From Callorhinchus milii (taxonomy: Eukaryota), in contig NW_024704743.1 of assembly GCF_018977255.1 (NCBI RefSeq), positions 8,310,001 through 8,374,000 on the forward strand: a stretch of DNA of 64,000 nt. Direction: 5' to 3'. Positions 1-12,965 of the stretch are shown here, piece after piece. The notes below the pieces were generated by a model. It worked only from the letters and a program-made list of their open reading frames with translations. It had not been told where the DNA came from and searched no databases. Each line of letters starts with the position of its first letter. The stretch's first letter is position 1. A program made the translations under genes and the position numbers.

Positions 1-1039
1 AAATAAAAACCAATAATACATACTGTTAACTCTCTTTTGTTAAACTCTTCTCTCCCTCCAACAAATACCCTTTTGTTGTGTCTTTTGCCACGTCCTCATA
101 TCTCGAGTTCTGCTACATTGAGAATGTGCACAATCTTAAATATCAGTTTGTAATATTCCAGTCCAAGCTGTTTGAGATTGTACTATTGTACAAATCTATA
201 AGGGGAAAAGGCAATACCCATATGTTAAAGACTAAGATAGTATTACAGCGCAAAAAACATTTTACTTTTTTAATGAGAGATTAAGAACAATTGATCTGAG
301 ATTCCTAAAACTCATTTGTGATAAACTACCTTGTCATTTAACAGTAATATAACATTCTGGTTGTTGTGCTTTCAAACACTAATGAACCAAACGCTCTCAG
401 TTATCAGGACAATTACAGCTGAGGTGGCAAGTATGTGTTCTACAGATTATGTTGATGAAGCAACAGCCAGTAATCCACCATGCCATTGCAGCAAATACAT
501 TCTACTCAAAGGATTGTATAATACCACCCTGATCAGCAGTCTAGGGATCAATCTGAAACATAGGCCTTTAGAAAAAGTTTTAACCACTACAAAGTTCTGG
601 GTAGAGTCAAATTATACCAGTCTAAAATCTCTAGTCTACCCTACCATAGGACATTCAAATTTTCTAAAGGCAGGCAAACTTGTAATGTACTGTATTTTTA
701 AATCTGAAATGTGGTTATTGATAATCATTGACTTTCATAAATAAGTTAAAGAAATTACCACTAGACAGAACAGATTGCACTCACATCCCCATATTCTTTC
801 ATTTATAATAATCATAATCATTACAATTCATACAAAGTGCCTAAAAGCATTTCAGAGTTTTCTGTGAAGTGTAGTGACTGTCGGAGAAAACAGCAGTCAG
901 TTTGCACATAGCACCCACAAATAGGCATGGCGAATTTCATCTGGAGATTGCTGGTCAGGATTCCAAGAGAAACTCCCTTTTCTCTTTGAATCCAGTCATG
1001 GGAGTTTAACACTTACCTTAACTGTTAGACAGAATCTAT

Positions 1040-1210
1040 GTTTAATATCTCATCTGAAGGATGATGGCACCTTTGCGAATGCAGTGCTTCTACAAGCCCT
1101 GGGACTGGAGTGGCAGCCTATCCTATGAGTTCAAAGTGCCACCAATGCGTGGCTTAAACCCACAACCTTCTGACTCAAAAGGTGAGAGCATTACCCGACT
1201 GAGTCAGGCT
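1040..1210 (-). mobile_element. Old Deu-domain SINE fragment with tRNA-like head
   Basis: gtttaatatctcatctgaagg...aacccacaaccttctgactc resembles 62150-62350. Confidence 0.55.
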
Positions 1211-1572
1211 GGAATAACATTCCATTTCGCTATCAAATATTTGGCCAATTTACAGATTTGTACTTCTAAAGTAACACTTTTACTCCCATACGTTCTCCAT
1301 ACCCATTATTTCACTCCTTTAAATAACCCTAATTAATCACTTTTGGCAGCAAAATAGTTCCTATTCCTGAATCTCAAATACATATTTTAAATACTTTATT
1401 GCCACATTGAACCAAATTCTTATCCTCCTTTTTTCAGGAGGACAATAAAGATCCCAATACACTATTTAAAGAGAGAAGGGAATTTCGCCCGGTATCCTGG
1501 TCAACAATCTTCCAAATTAATTCAATGTAATCAGGCATTGCAAAAATAAAAGTTCTTTCAGTTAAACACAGC

Positions 1573-1713
1573 ATAATAATAATAATAATAATAATCCTTG
1601 CATTTGATATAGCGCTTTTCACGTCGGGAGGACGTCCCAAAGCGCTTCACAGAACACACTGTAAAGTGAATTGACTGTATATTTGTGGGCGAACGCGGCA
1701 GCCAATTGCGCAC
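1573..1713 (-). mobile_element. Young tRNA-derived SINE, 3' part, (ATT)n tail
   Basis: Identical to the copy starting at 63746. Confidence 0.9.
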
Positions 1714-2899
1714 GGGATTACATTTTTAAAGTTTATCATAACGTACAGTCTAACAAAAGCTATTACCCTGAAACGTTTAGGGTAATTATTACTCTATCAC
1801 CCTGAAATGTTTTCCCTTCACAAGGGAAACAACGTTGCTCACAAGATTATTTTGCAGTTTATATTTTTTTTAAAAACACGTACAAGTGATAGAACTGGAA
1901 GGACAAACAGGTTTGGTATAATATTTGCTTGGCCAACTGACAGCAATAAGACAGTATGTCTGCAAAACTATGCTCAGCGCTGTCAAACACAAATGTCAAA
2001 GACAATGGAGATCATTTTTGCCTGAGTATCAAAATTCAAAGATTTAAAAAGAAACCAGACATAATGCCAGAAATTTGCTTTCGAGAATTTCAGTAATGAC
2101 ACCTGGGTGTTGTTTGGAACTTATTTGTAACCTTCCATTTGGTATTTTCTGTTCTGAAGAGTTGATTTAAATGTACAGTAAAATACCAGTAGTTACATTA
2201 TGGGGGATTGCTGCTAAGGGGGCCGTCCCACAGCACTGGAGGCTCTCTGATACCTCACCAAAGTGGCCACTGTTCGTGTGAGCCTCATCAGTGAGCGTCA
2301 GCAACCCACTTGACTGTAGGAGGTGTCGTAGCCATGCTTCTTAACTCACCCTATTGCCACACACAGATACATACCCACCAGTAGAGGGTGCTAATAAGAG
2401 GGATCAAAGGCAGGAAATACGGCTAACTTTAACCTCCTTCATCCAGATCAGCAAACGCAGCACAGATTGGGATTCAATCCAACACGGTGCCAAAGCACTA
2501 CATCGTCACAATAATGAAAGAACATCTACCTGACAATCAATAATGCACAACTAGATCTGTTTCTCTTTCTTCCGATTAGAAAGCCTCTCACCATTGTAGT
2601 GTTATATTGATGCATAAACTGGAGAATCTTTTAACCATCAAGATAAATTAATTATAAGTCAACGATTAATGCATCAGTCAGATAAAATATACCCAGTTAC
2701 AGTATGTAATTTGAGAGATTTAGGTTTATAAAAAAANTACACAGATATTTATAACTATATTCTACTCCACATCCAGAATAAACATGATCTTTTGTTTGTT
2801 CAGCTAGGTGACAGAAGCACACAAAAAACCATCACCATTGGAGTATACAAACCAGGCAGTTTCTCTGTCCAGAAATCTATATGCTCCCCAACTCCCACA

Positions 2900-3345
2900 C
2901 AAGGCTCTCTCAGCCTATCATCTCCACCTCTATCCACTGGAACAGCTCCCCATCCCCCAGTGGATCAAATTCAAGATCCTTGTCCTTCTATTCAAATCCC
3001 TCAAACCCCACCCTATCTCTGCAATGGCCTCCAATCCTACTGCTCCCTTCACTCAGAAAACTCTGGCCTGCTTTTGTGTCCCCCACTTTATCTGCCTCAG
3101 TTTTCAGAATTTTCAGCCATTCCCTGGTCTTTGGAAGTCCATTTCTAACTTACTGCTCTCTCTCCACTTTCAAAGCCCATCTCAAGACTTAGTTCAACTG
3201 CACTTTCAATCATCTTTTCCCTTCCCATCCTCTTAAAATCCCACCCAGGACCCAGATGCTCAGCCAGCTGTAAACTCAGCCAGTGTAAAGCACTTTGAGA
3301 TGTCCTCCTGACATGAAAGGTATTTATAAGTGTAAACTGTATTCT
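2900..3345 (+). mobile_element. Degenerate L2 LINE 3' end
   Basis: LPIPQWIKFKILVLLFKSL remnant followed by the L2 tail stem-loop. Confidence 0.75.
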
Positions 3346-3924
3346 ACATACACACTTGGAAATTTCTCATTTGTCTGGAATGATTTGTGGACTCTCTACC
3401 CGGAGGGATGCACCCTACTTAACTAGTTAATAAAAGCCAAGTGAGATGAATTCTGCAGACCCACCTGGCTCAGGAAAAACTACAAAAGATCAACTCAATT
3501 CATGTATTCTATAGCAATGTAGACCACCTTACTCCTCTCCTCCTTCCACCAAGAAATCCTGTTTGCATCCCCAACAAGCAGGATACTCACTAGTTCCTAT
3601 TAGACACCTGACAGGTGCAGGTTTGAGCCCTCGCTAAGTGAATAGCAGGTACTAGGAACTATTTGCAAATCTCTTGGTTAGCAGCACAACTCAACATGAA
3701 ATGCACAAGAGCTTTGCCACCAAGGCTGTGCACAGCTCATTCGCCCACAAATATAAAGCCAATTCACTTTACAGTCTATTCTGTGAAGCGCTTTGAGATG
3801 TCTAGAATACGTGAAAAGCGCTATATCAAATCCAAGGATTATTATTAGTAGTAGTATCCCTATTCTTTGAGTAGTGATTCTATAAGATGGAAGTGCAGAG
3901 CTTGAGCAGCAGTGGTCCAGTGAT

Positions 3925-4255
3925 GGAGCACTGGAACTCCATCCCCCAGTGCCTTCGCCTTGCTTCCTCCCTTTCCTCCTTCAAGGCCGGTCTCAAAACC
4001 TTTCTCTTTGACCGTGCCTTCAGCTCCCCTCTCGACTCTCTTCCTCCTCCTCGCTCCCTCCCTTCCCTCCCCTCACCCTGACCATTTCCCCCCTCCTCTC
4101 TCCCTCCCTTCCCTCCCCTCACCCGGACCATTTCCCCCTCCTCTCTCCCTCCCTTCCCTCCCCTCACCCTGACCATTCCCCCCTGCTCGGGTCATGACCC
4201 AACTGTGCAGCGCCTTGGGACGTCCTCCTGACGTGAAAGGCGCTCTATAAATGGA

Positions 4256-4285
<30 letters not shown>
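3925..4285 (+). mobile_element. L2 3' end with internal ~45-bp tandem repeat and (TTG)n tail
   Basis: WNSIP..LRLASSLSSFKAGLKTFLFDRAF; tail cagcgccttgggacgtcctcctgacgtgaaaggcgct...(ttg)n. Confidence 0.9.
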
Positions 4286-4287
<2 letters not shown>

Positions 4288-7200
4288 TCTCTACGAAGTA
4301 GATACCAAATCCTGGCTATCCAGAGCAAAAGGATTCTCCATTACAATCGGCACATTTTAAATTACACAAGTTTTAACAGTCTGAAAGTTATCAACTCTAC
4401 TCTTCACAATGGATAGTTCATGGAACATAAAATTACTTTCAAGATCTTGAAAAAATGGCAAATAAAAGTCAAACGAGTGATTTATCTATTCATATGCACA
4501 TATCTGATCCTTATAATACACCAAGCGCGCGCACACACACAAAATTTGGTTCTATCAATTTCAGAATGGATTTTAAAAAATGAGAAAAAACAAAACAATC
4601 TTTCTCAAAATACCAGAACAATGTTTTTGAGAATGAGGAACTGAAGACACCACACATTATTGCTGCAAAGGCACAGCAGCAGACTCCCTTCATCAGTATG
4701 CATTTAAAGGTCAAATCTCAAGTGTGTCTGGAAGAATCCATCTTAACACAAAGGGAGAAATACTAATTGTTTGACATCTTAGATCATTTTACATTTTATG
4801 TTCAGGTGATCATTGGTTACAGTATAGGTTTCTTGCTTAGTATACTGTATTTATTAATACAACAATAAGTTGCATTTAAATACCTTCACGTCAGGAGGAC
4901 ATCCCAAGGCACCCGAGCTGGGGGTTGAATTCAAGAAGGGTGGGAGTTAAGGCAGTGGGAAGATGACTGAAGGCAATATAATCTTTGCATTTGATATAGC
5001 GCCTTTAATGTTGGCAAAGCCCTTCACAGGATATGCTGTAAAAACTGTAATAATATATTATTATTATAAAGACTGTGTATTTTGTTGGTGAAGGTGGCAG
5101 CCAATTTGTGCACAGCAAATGCACCACAAATAGCCCTGAAGTAAATAACCAATTTTATTTGTGGGAATTGTTGGTCAAGGCACCAGGAGAAACTCCCATC
5201 TCTTTGCAAATAGCACCACAGGATTCCTGAACAGGCAGACGGGACCTCAGTTTTTAACATTTCATCCAATTGGATGTTATCCTGATGAAGGGTGCATATA
5301 TACACAAGTTGTTGTTGGTGTTGATATTATTCCAAGCTATTACAACCTGAACTAGACTAACTCCTATTTGAATCAGACTAATGCTATTTCTATTTGAATC
5401 AGATGGTATAGATGCATTTAAGAGGAAGGTATACATATGAGAGTAAGGGGTGGGAGGGGAAGTAAGGTACAGGTGGACATTCAAGTGCAGTATAAGCATT
5501 GGCATAGACAAGTTGGGCTGAATGGCCTGTTTCCGTGCTGTATATTCTATGTAAACTGACCCTATAAGATTCAATTTCATGAGTTTCTATTAATATTTTA
5601 GAACATAACTGGCTATTAGCAAATTAAACATTATGGGAGAGGAAGGGGTTTGCGACCCATAAACAGTATCTGTGATAATAGAATGAACATTAAACTTAAA
5701 ATATTTCTCATAAAGAATGTCGGAAATGATTTCCAATCCTACACATAGATGCACACAAAGACGGATACATCAAAAATCCAGAGTCTTTCTGTATCTTACG
5801 AGCATTCTGTTCTTCAACAGTAGTCATCATATTCCAAACCACGAAAGGAACAAGGATTTCGCTAAGATACTGTCTCTTTTGTTCATCTAGTACTGTATAT
5901 GTATGAAATAATATTTATTCAAGAATTGGTTTTGCAGGAATGGGTGAGAAATCACAAGTTATACAGAGGAGAATCAATGGGTAGCACTGGAATAGCTAAC
6001 TTCCATTTCCTTCCTGCACAAGAGGTTTCACCATTCCCATGTTATCTCATACTAACTCTTTTCTCTCCCATCAGTTTGGAAATCATTTCATACTTGTATC
6101 CCTATTTTTAAGGGGAGAGGCGAACGGCGATGGAGAATAGAACATTTCCTTTAAGCCATATTCAGTGGTGAGCTATCATTCTAACGAGATACATAAAAGT
6201 CAATCTCCAAAGACAGAACACTGAAATTCCACCCACGTTGGTATTTCCTTGCCTAGCCATTAATTCAATGAAACTCAGAATTAGTACTAAATTATGGGAA
6301 GTTTTGTACTTTCAACGAGAGTACACAGAGATGCCCACAATTATTTCACTTCACCACTCAATTTAATTTGAAAAAATCAATTTTCTTTTTAAAAAAACTA
6401 CGTAAGTACATCACACACCACCCCTTCCGTCCCCAATCTTTGCAAGAGGCTTAATTTTAAAATTGACAATGCCAGCAAGTGTACTTCACTATCTAATAAA
6501 TTTTACTGCTTGGCTAGACTGTACTTCACCAACCAGAGGCACCCAGGAAAACTGAGGTTCTGCATACAGTAATATAGGTTTATCACACACTACAATTTAC
6601 TTTACAAACCGGCACTGTCCACTATTTGCCATTGTTGTAAATTTGCATTGTGTTGTGCATCAAAGCACACATCCTTTAACAATTGAGGTAAACAAAAAAA
6701 TCACATTTTCCTTTAAGCTAACAGACAACCATGACATGAATCTTCATTCTTCCAGCAGGAGTCTTTTTTATATTAATAATATGCGTCAAAGTGATTAAAT
6801 GTTAAATTGAAGAGACAGCATATTTTTAATTCAGTCTTTCAATTAAACTTATCCAAAAGTATGTGGGTAAGGAAGAAAGAAAGGACTAATATATATATGA
6901 TACATAAATACATACCTACTTGTCTAAGTACAATTTTCCTCTCCTTTATCATACAAGTTGCATGTATCTTGAATGAAAGTGCAATCTAATGTCTCACACA
7001 CTTTATAAGATGTTGTGGAAACCCAGATTTTAAATCTAACCGAGAATTAAAATAGTTTCTAAACTAGCAGTGGCAGGTCAGTAACTATTTACTTTAATCA
7101 GCAGGGCTTTATGTTGTATAAAATGAATGAATTAAATCTTAATACGAAGAACAAGTAAACTAATACTATCTTACCACAAAAAAGGTTTATCATTGTAGTT

Positions 7201-10200
7201 CAATTAAATGCCTAGTTTACTCCTGCCCTCCCCCCACAACCAGCAGCTGATGTCCCACAATTGTTAAATTGTGTTTTCTGTTTCCTATGCGTTTAAGGAA
7301 ACTATTCTACAAAGGAAAAAGTTTACCCATGGTCGTCACTGTGCCTACTCCGACAATGCTTTACTTCCGATTACAATTAGGAATGTTCTTTGGTGGAAAA
7401 ATGCTCTTTCTGAGAAAATAAGGCAGCAAGAGATGCATTCAATTGTCACATTTTGTAAATGGTGAGAAAGATATGACTGACTACTAACTACTAGAATTAC
7501 TTTACTCATGAAAAGATAAGTACAATTCAAAGTTAACACACAAATATTTTTAAGTTTCAGTTATCACATTCAATCATAATAAATATGCGCTTATTACCTT
7601 CTGCTTTGAATCCATTTAACTGGTCAAGTATTTTAGCTCTTTAACTACACTACACTTTCAACAAACTATGGTGTTCACCCGTTCTAGAAGCATTTTCTGT
7701 CAGCTGAGCTCTTGCAGCTGTGCAGCACAAACATGCAATCTCGCTGTGACAATCAAAAAACAGTCAACTGTGTGGCATTTTGTTTGAGTGTATGCATACA
7801 CTCCTACACTAAATTCTTTTGTGAGGAACGCCAGGAAAAAATAATTCCAACTTCTTTGCAGCACACAAGGATCTTAAGATTTTTTTCTACCAGTGCATGA
7901 GCCCTGCCTCTTAATGTCACCCAATTTATCAGAATTAGGTAGGTAATCAGAGTCAGAGGGCTTAAGAAGTTTCAACCTCCAATATAAAGCACTTAATTAA
8001 CAGTGTTCGTAGATCAGTCATGGAGAATTAACCCTCAAGTGAAAATTTTCTGCAGAAAGATATTGAATGGAGCAAGCATTTCTCATTCTGCTTATTTTCA
8101 TACTTCCACCAAATCACCATTAAAAAGGTAGTGTTTCAGCATGCGTACATCAGCTGATTTCAAACATTGACCTTTTACAATTAAAACAATTAGATTTAAA
8201 TGTTCTTTGTTGGTCCATTGTGATGACGTTAATCATTTTAATGTTGTTTTAAGAATTGGGCATACTCTTTAAAACATTTAAAAATGAACTGGTGTCTGGC
8301 ACCAGTTAGCCAAGCTTTGTACATGCCCTTTAGTTCGTGAACTCAGTTTCTCACTCAAAGTCTGTTAGCAATATAAAAAGAGAAATGGAAATAAGACTGG
8401 AAGGCACGGTTCCAGTTACAAGTTTCTTTCAAAAGCCTCTAACAACAAATAAATTAGCTTCGCTACGGTCAGAAAAGTAAATATTCTATAAACATTCAAA
8501 CTCCTCCAATGGCTCACTGGGTGAGTCCACAGTAGAGTAAGGTACTGCACATTGTACAGTTAGAAGAATTGCTGGATTGAGGCCAGTTAAAACTATGCAT
8601 TCCAAAAAAAATTCTCATCCCCTTCCTGTTGCTAATCATACATTTGTTCCCATTAAAAGTCTTCCACCCCTCTCCACCAAAATTATGTTTGGGCTTCAAA
8701 TACAAGTCAGAAGATTCCTGTATCAGGTGCTCCCACTTGGTGTCGCGACGCACACTTTCATTTTGGATCAGAGTCTTTTGAAGCCATCTCGTCAGATGCA
8801 CTATGGACTCAACTCCTCCCTTGCCTCTCTGAGGCTCTTGCAACAGCCATTTATGGCTCTTTCAGGAAGGTGTAGGAGTGCGGATGTGTGTGAGATGCTG
8901 CTGATTTTACAGCCTGCAAGTGTTCTCTACTCTGTCCCATAAGCTTTTTCAAAACCGCCACTCCTTTATCCGTCCACACATTATGAATAGCCCCTGGCAC
9001 TAAATGAGACATGCATGGGAGGCTGACATACTGGAGGGCCATTAGCACCAATAGACTAATACAGCAAATAATCTTCTGGGCAGGCGAAATGTGAGGAGGG
9101 CAACAATGTTCTAAACTCCATAGGAAACCACTTTTTTTTGTAAAAGTTTATCTCCTCACACTTAGATTCTTGCTTGTAATCATTGGCATTAATAAAACAA
9201 GTCAACCCAGGCCAATAAAAACATCACAGGATGGTTCCCTGGATTCATTTATATTTTTTGCATAGTTTCAAATGACAGTACAAACAAACATTAATGTCAG
9301 CAGTGCAGATTCGAAAAAAAACATTTCCTTCTGCCTACAGTGGCAAAGTTCAAAATTTAATTGAAGTTCAACATCTTTCAGCTGGCATATGAGGGTCCTG
9401 CTGCAATGTTAGTATGACTCATTGGAATACTCAAACAGGTTATTACCGTAGTTGCAGAAATCGACCAGTATTCAAGTCATGAATGCACAACACCAGCAGC
9501 AACATAGAAACAGATGTCTAGTGTGAAGGTACATATCCACAGTAGTTTCAAAGACATGAATTGTGACTGTTTACTCCTGTGCACTGTCTTACTAAGTAGG
9601 CACTTTTGGATTGATGTTTACCTACTGGTTCCAGGGAAGGACTTGTGGGCAAGTAACCAGTGTCGCTAGAATGTAATGATGCTAGCGAAGCCTGGCACCG
9701 CTCTGCAAATCTTGCTGTAGGCACAATACTTTCTCCATGTCTACATGATTTTAATGGAGGGGGTAAACTTTAGAAACATCAACACTAACTTGATCATGGT
9801 CATAGTTTAAAATGTGTGCTGCAAAATGTTGTACAATATTCAAATAACTAACTTACCACACCCAAATCTAATTATGTCAAGCTGTAATATTAATACGTTA
9901 AATATTTGGGATGTGGGGATGTTCAGCTAGGTTTGTGACGCAAGAATAAATTGGAGGAGTCATAAAACGACTTTTGCCCTGCAATGTTAATGGAATTGGC
10001 TAAAGAATACTTTAGTTGTGTGTAAGAGGAACTTCCCCTTGACATGCTAATTGATGTCAAGGGGGAAAAGAACAAACCTTGTGAGGCAATGCACTACTTC
10101 CAAAATCTGTGAAGCATATTTGAATTAAATAAGTTTGTGATCTTTAAATACACTGATGTAAAGGTTTACCAATAACTTGAGCACATAGGGCCTTCCACAT

Positions 10201-12129
10201 AGAACATTTATTTCAAAGCACTTTACAGAAATGAAATGGGGAGGCCAAACTGGGGGGAGGGAGAGGTAGCCTAATGCTCAGTGAAAGACAAGTGTTTAGA
10301 TGGATTTTGAAAGCAGAGGAAGTAAGCAAGATGGATTGATTGATATATATATATATATAGATATATTGACAAAAGGGTCCAGAGAATAGGGCTTAAATAA
10401 TAATAATAATAAGTGGCTTAAATGGTGGGGCAGAGACATGAAGCAGACGAGAGTTGGCCCAGCAAAGGGAGGGGGCACAAGAGTAAAATCATAGAGATCT
10501 GGTGGGGCAAGGCCATGGAGCCATTTGATGACAATTCCTTAAGCATGGTGAAGCATGTGTCAACCCTCCCACCTATCCCACCCCTAAAAAAAAGCATTGC
10601 GGTTTGTACCTCACAACAGATCTTTCACAATATTTGATAAAACATGACTAACCTGCCTTCTATACAGCTAAGACAACAGCTCATCAATCCAGCAGTTATA
10701 ATGCATGTGAGACTGCGCCACAGGCGCCCTTGACCCACTAATCTGCCAGCTCCATGTGATGGCTGTCCTTGCCAGGATTTCAGGGAATAAACTCAAGAAC
10801 TCATCTGCTTCACACCAATGGAAGAAAAAGAACCAGAAACAGATTTCAGTACAATTACTTTGCTATAATAGGAAGTATCCTGGAAGGATGAGATCATCTG
10901 TACCTCTTGTGTTCTTGTGTGAGTGATAAATGAAGAATGCATCCTAATGAATCATGGCATATTCACCTATGGTTTTCATTGAAAAACGAATTAACAAACA
11001 ACATTTTTCAGCTTACACAGCACTATTTACATTTATATAACGCCTTTCAGATCAGGAGCACGTCACAAAACACTTCATACATATTTCTCCCTTCTACCCC
11101 TGGCTGGACACCTGAACTAAGGTGTTGAAGGGAAAATGATGACCAAAAACAGTCAAAGTGGCAAATTATCCCACTTTCTGACAGCAACTTTCATTATTAT
11201 CGCTCTGAATTTTTTTCTTCAAGTTTTTGTATTTCCTATTTTAAATTTATAAACTAACAAGACACTTAGTAGTGGCAATGACATAAAAGTAATATAGGCC
11301 TTTAAATCTAACAGAAATCTAGTGATCTAATCGGGAGCAGGTGGAAAGCTGCTGTAGCAATATCCCAGGGCTATTTTTTAACCACACTAGTTTAGGCAAT
11401 TATTAGAAGAATTTCTTGAATATTTTGATTACAAGTAGATACTGGTTTGGCATAGCTCTGTTAGATATGTATGAGGTCTAATATCAAGGTGCTCAGTCAG
11501 CATGAAACCATTTTAATGTTCTGCAATCGAGCTACAATACATGCTACAGTTTTCAATCACAAAAACATCAAAGCTAAAATATTACAAAAACGGCACTAGA
11601 ACAGTCAAAAGAGACTCCTCAAAGGCAACTTATATGCTTTGAATTTCTTCCAACAACAAATAAGTCCGGATAAGCTGTTGCACATTAAACAAATGCTACT
11701 TGAAAGCAAAGGAAATGCAAACACCATAGAAAGTAAAATATTTAATCAGTATGTTTAAGAATTCGAGAGACCCAGGTAGCATACCACTAATAGGTTTCAG
11801 CCCACTATTTCCTGATTTGCAAGTTCCTAATCTCAGTCAGACCATTTATGGGAGGTACCGAGTTCCCTCGCCTCCACAAAATCGTGGGATAACTTGGCGA
11901 ACAAATCACCCTGTACAGTTTCTAAACAGCTTCTCGTGGCTCTTATATTAAAACAGCCAGAGAGAGACCTGAAAGCAAGTCACCTGTCCACTTACAGAAA
12001 AGAAAAATAATGCATAGGGGATATGATGCAAGAGGGATTTTATAATAATCCTTGCATTTAAAAGCAATTAAGAACAACAACTTACATTTGTAATTTGTTG
12101 TTGTTGTTGTTAATTGCTCATAAAAATTA

Positions 12130-12965
12130 TTATGAGCTAACTTTCTTCAGTTGAACGTCAACAAGACGGAGGCTCTCCTGATTGGCTCCACACCTCAGGC
12201 GCTGACAGCATGAACATCCATGAATGCACACTCCACCTTACTAAGCCAGCCCAGAACCTTGACATCTTGTTTGACCCTCAACTATCCTTTCTATCCCACA
12301 TCTGTGCCATGACCCGCTCTGCCTACCTCCACCTCCGCAACATTGCTCAGCTCCTCCACTGTCTCACACTGCAGGCCGCCGAAACCCTCATACACACTCT
12401 CACTACATCGAGATTTGACTATGCAAACTTCTTGCTTGTCGGCCTCCCCAACTCCTCCCTCCATAGGCTGCAGATCATCCACAACTCTGCAGCCCGGCTC
12501 CACCCCATCCTCGCCCGACTCCATTGGCTTTCCATCACACAGAGGATACAGTTCAAGATCCTGGCCCTCACTTTCAAAGCCCTCCATGGCCTTGCCCCTC
12601 CCTACCTCTGCGACCAGGAGACCCCCTATCCCCCTACCATCCTGCCCGCTCCCTCCGCTCAGTGGACTCCGGTCTGCTTCATGTCCCCTGCTTCACCCGC
12701 CCCACCAATGGCGGGCGGGACTTTTGGCACTCTGCCCCTATCCTCTGGAACTCCATCCCGCAGTCGCTCCACCTCGCCCCCTCCCTTGCCTCCTTCAAGG
12801 CCCATCTCAAGACCCTCCTCTTCGACCGTGCATTCGATAACCCTGCTTCCCCCCTGCCCTCCACCCTCCCCGACCCCAAGCTCGGATCCGAAACAGTGAC
12901 TGTCCAGCGCCTTGGGATGTCCTCCCGACGTGAAAGGCGTGAGACAAATATCATTTTGTTGTTGT
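12130..12965 (+). mobile_element. 5'-truncated L2 LINE, RT C-terminal region and 3' tail
   Basis: ORF 12210..12899 carries SRFDYANFLLVGLP and LHWL..RIQFKIL; FKAHLKTLLFDRAF in the overlapping frame. Confidence 0.9.

Noticed and set aside
1011..1060. Strong minus-strand donor AAG|GTAAGT at 1016
   Set aside because: The upstream acceptor lies in a SINE remnant and no ARHGAP12 peptide is encoded
8514..9051. ORFs of 66-121 aa in the repeat-poor block
   Set aside because: No recognisable domain and no match to the expected ARHGAP12 WW-domain exon, which appears to lie outside the window
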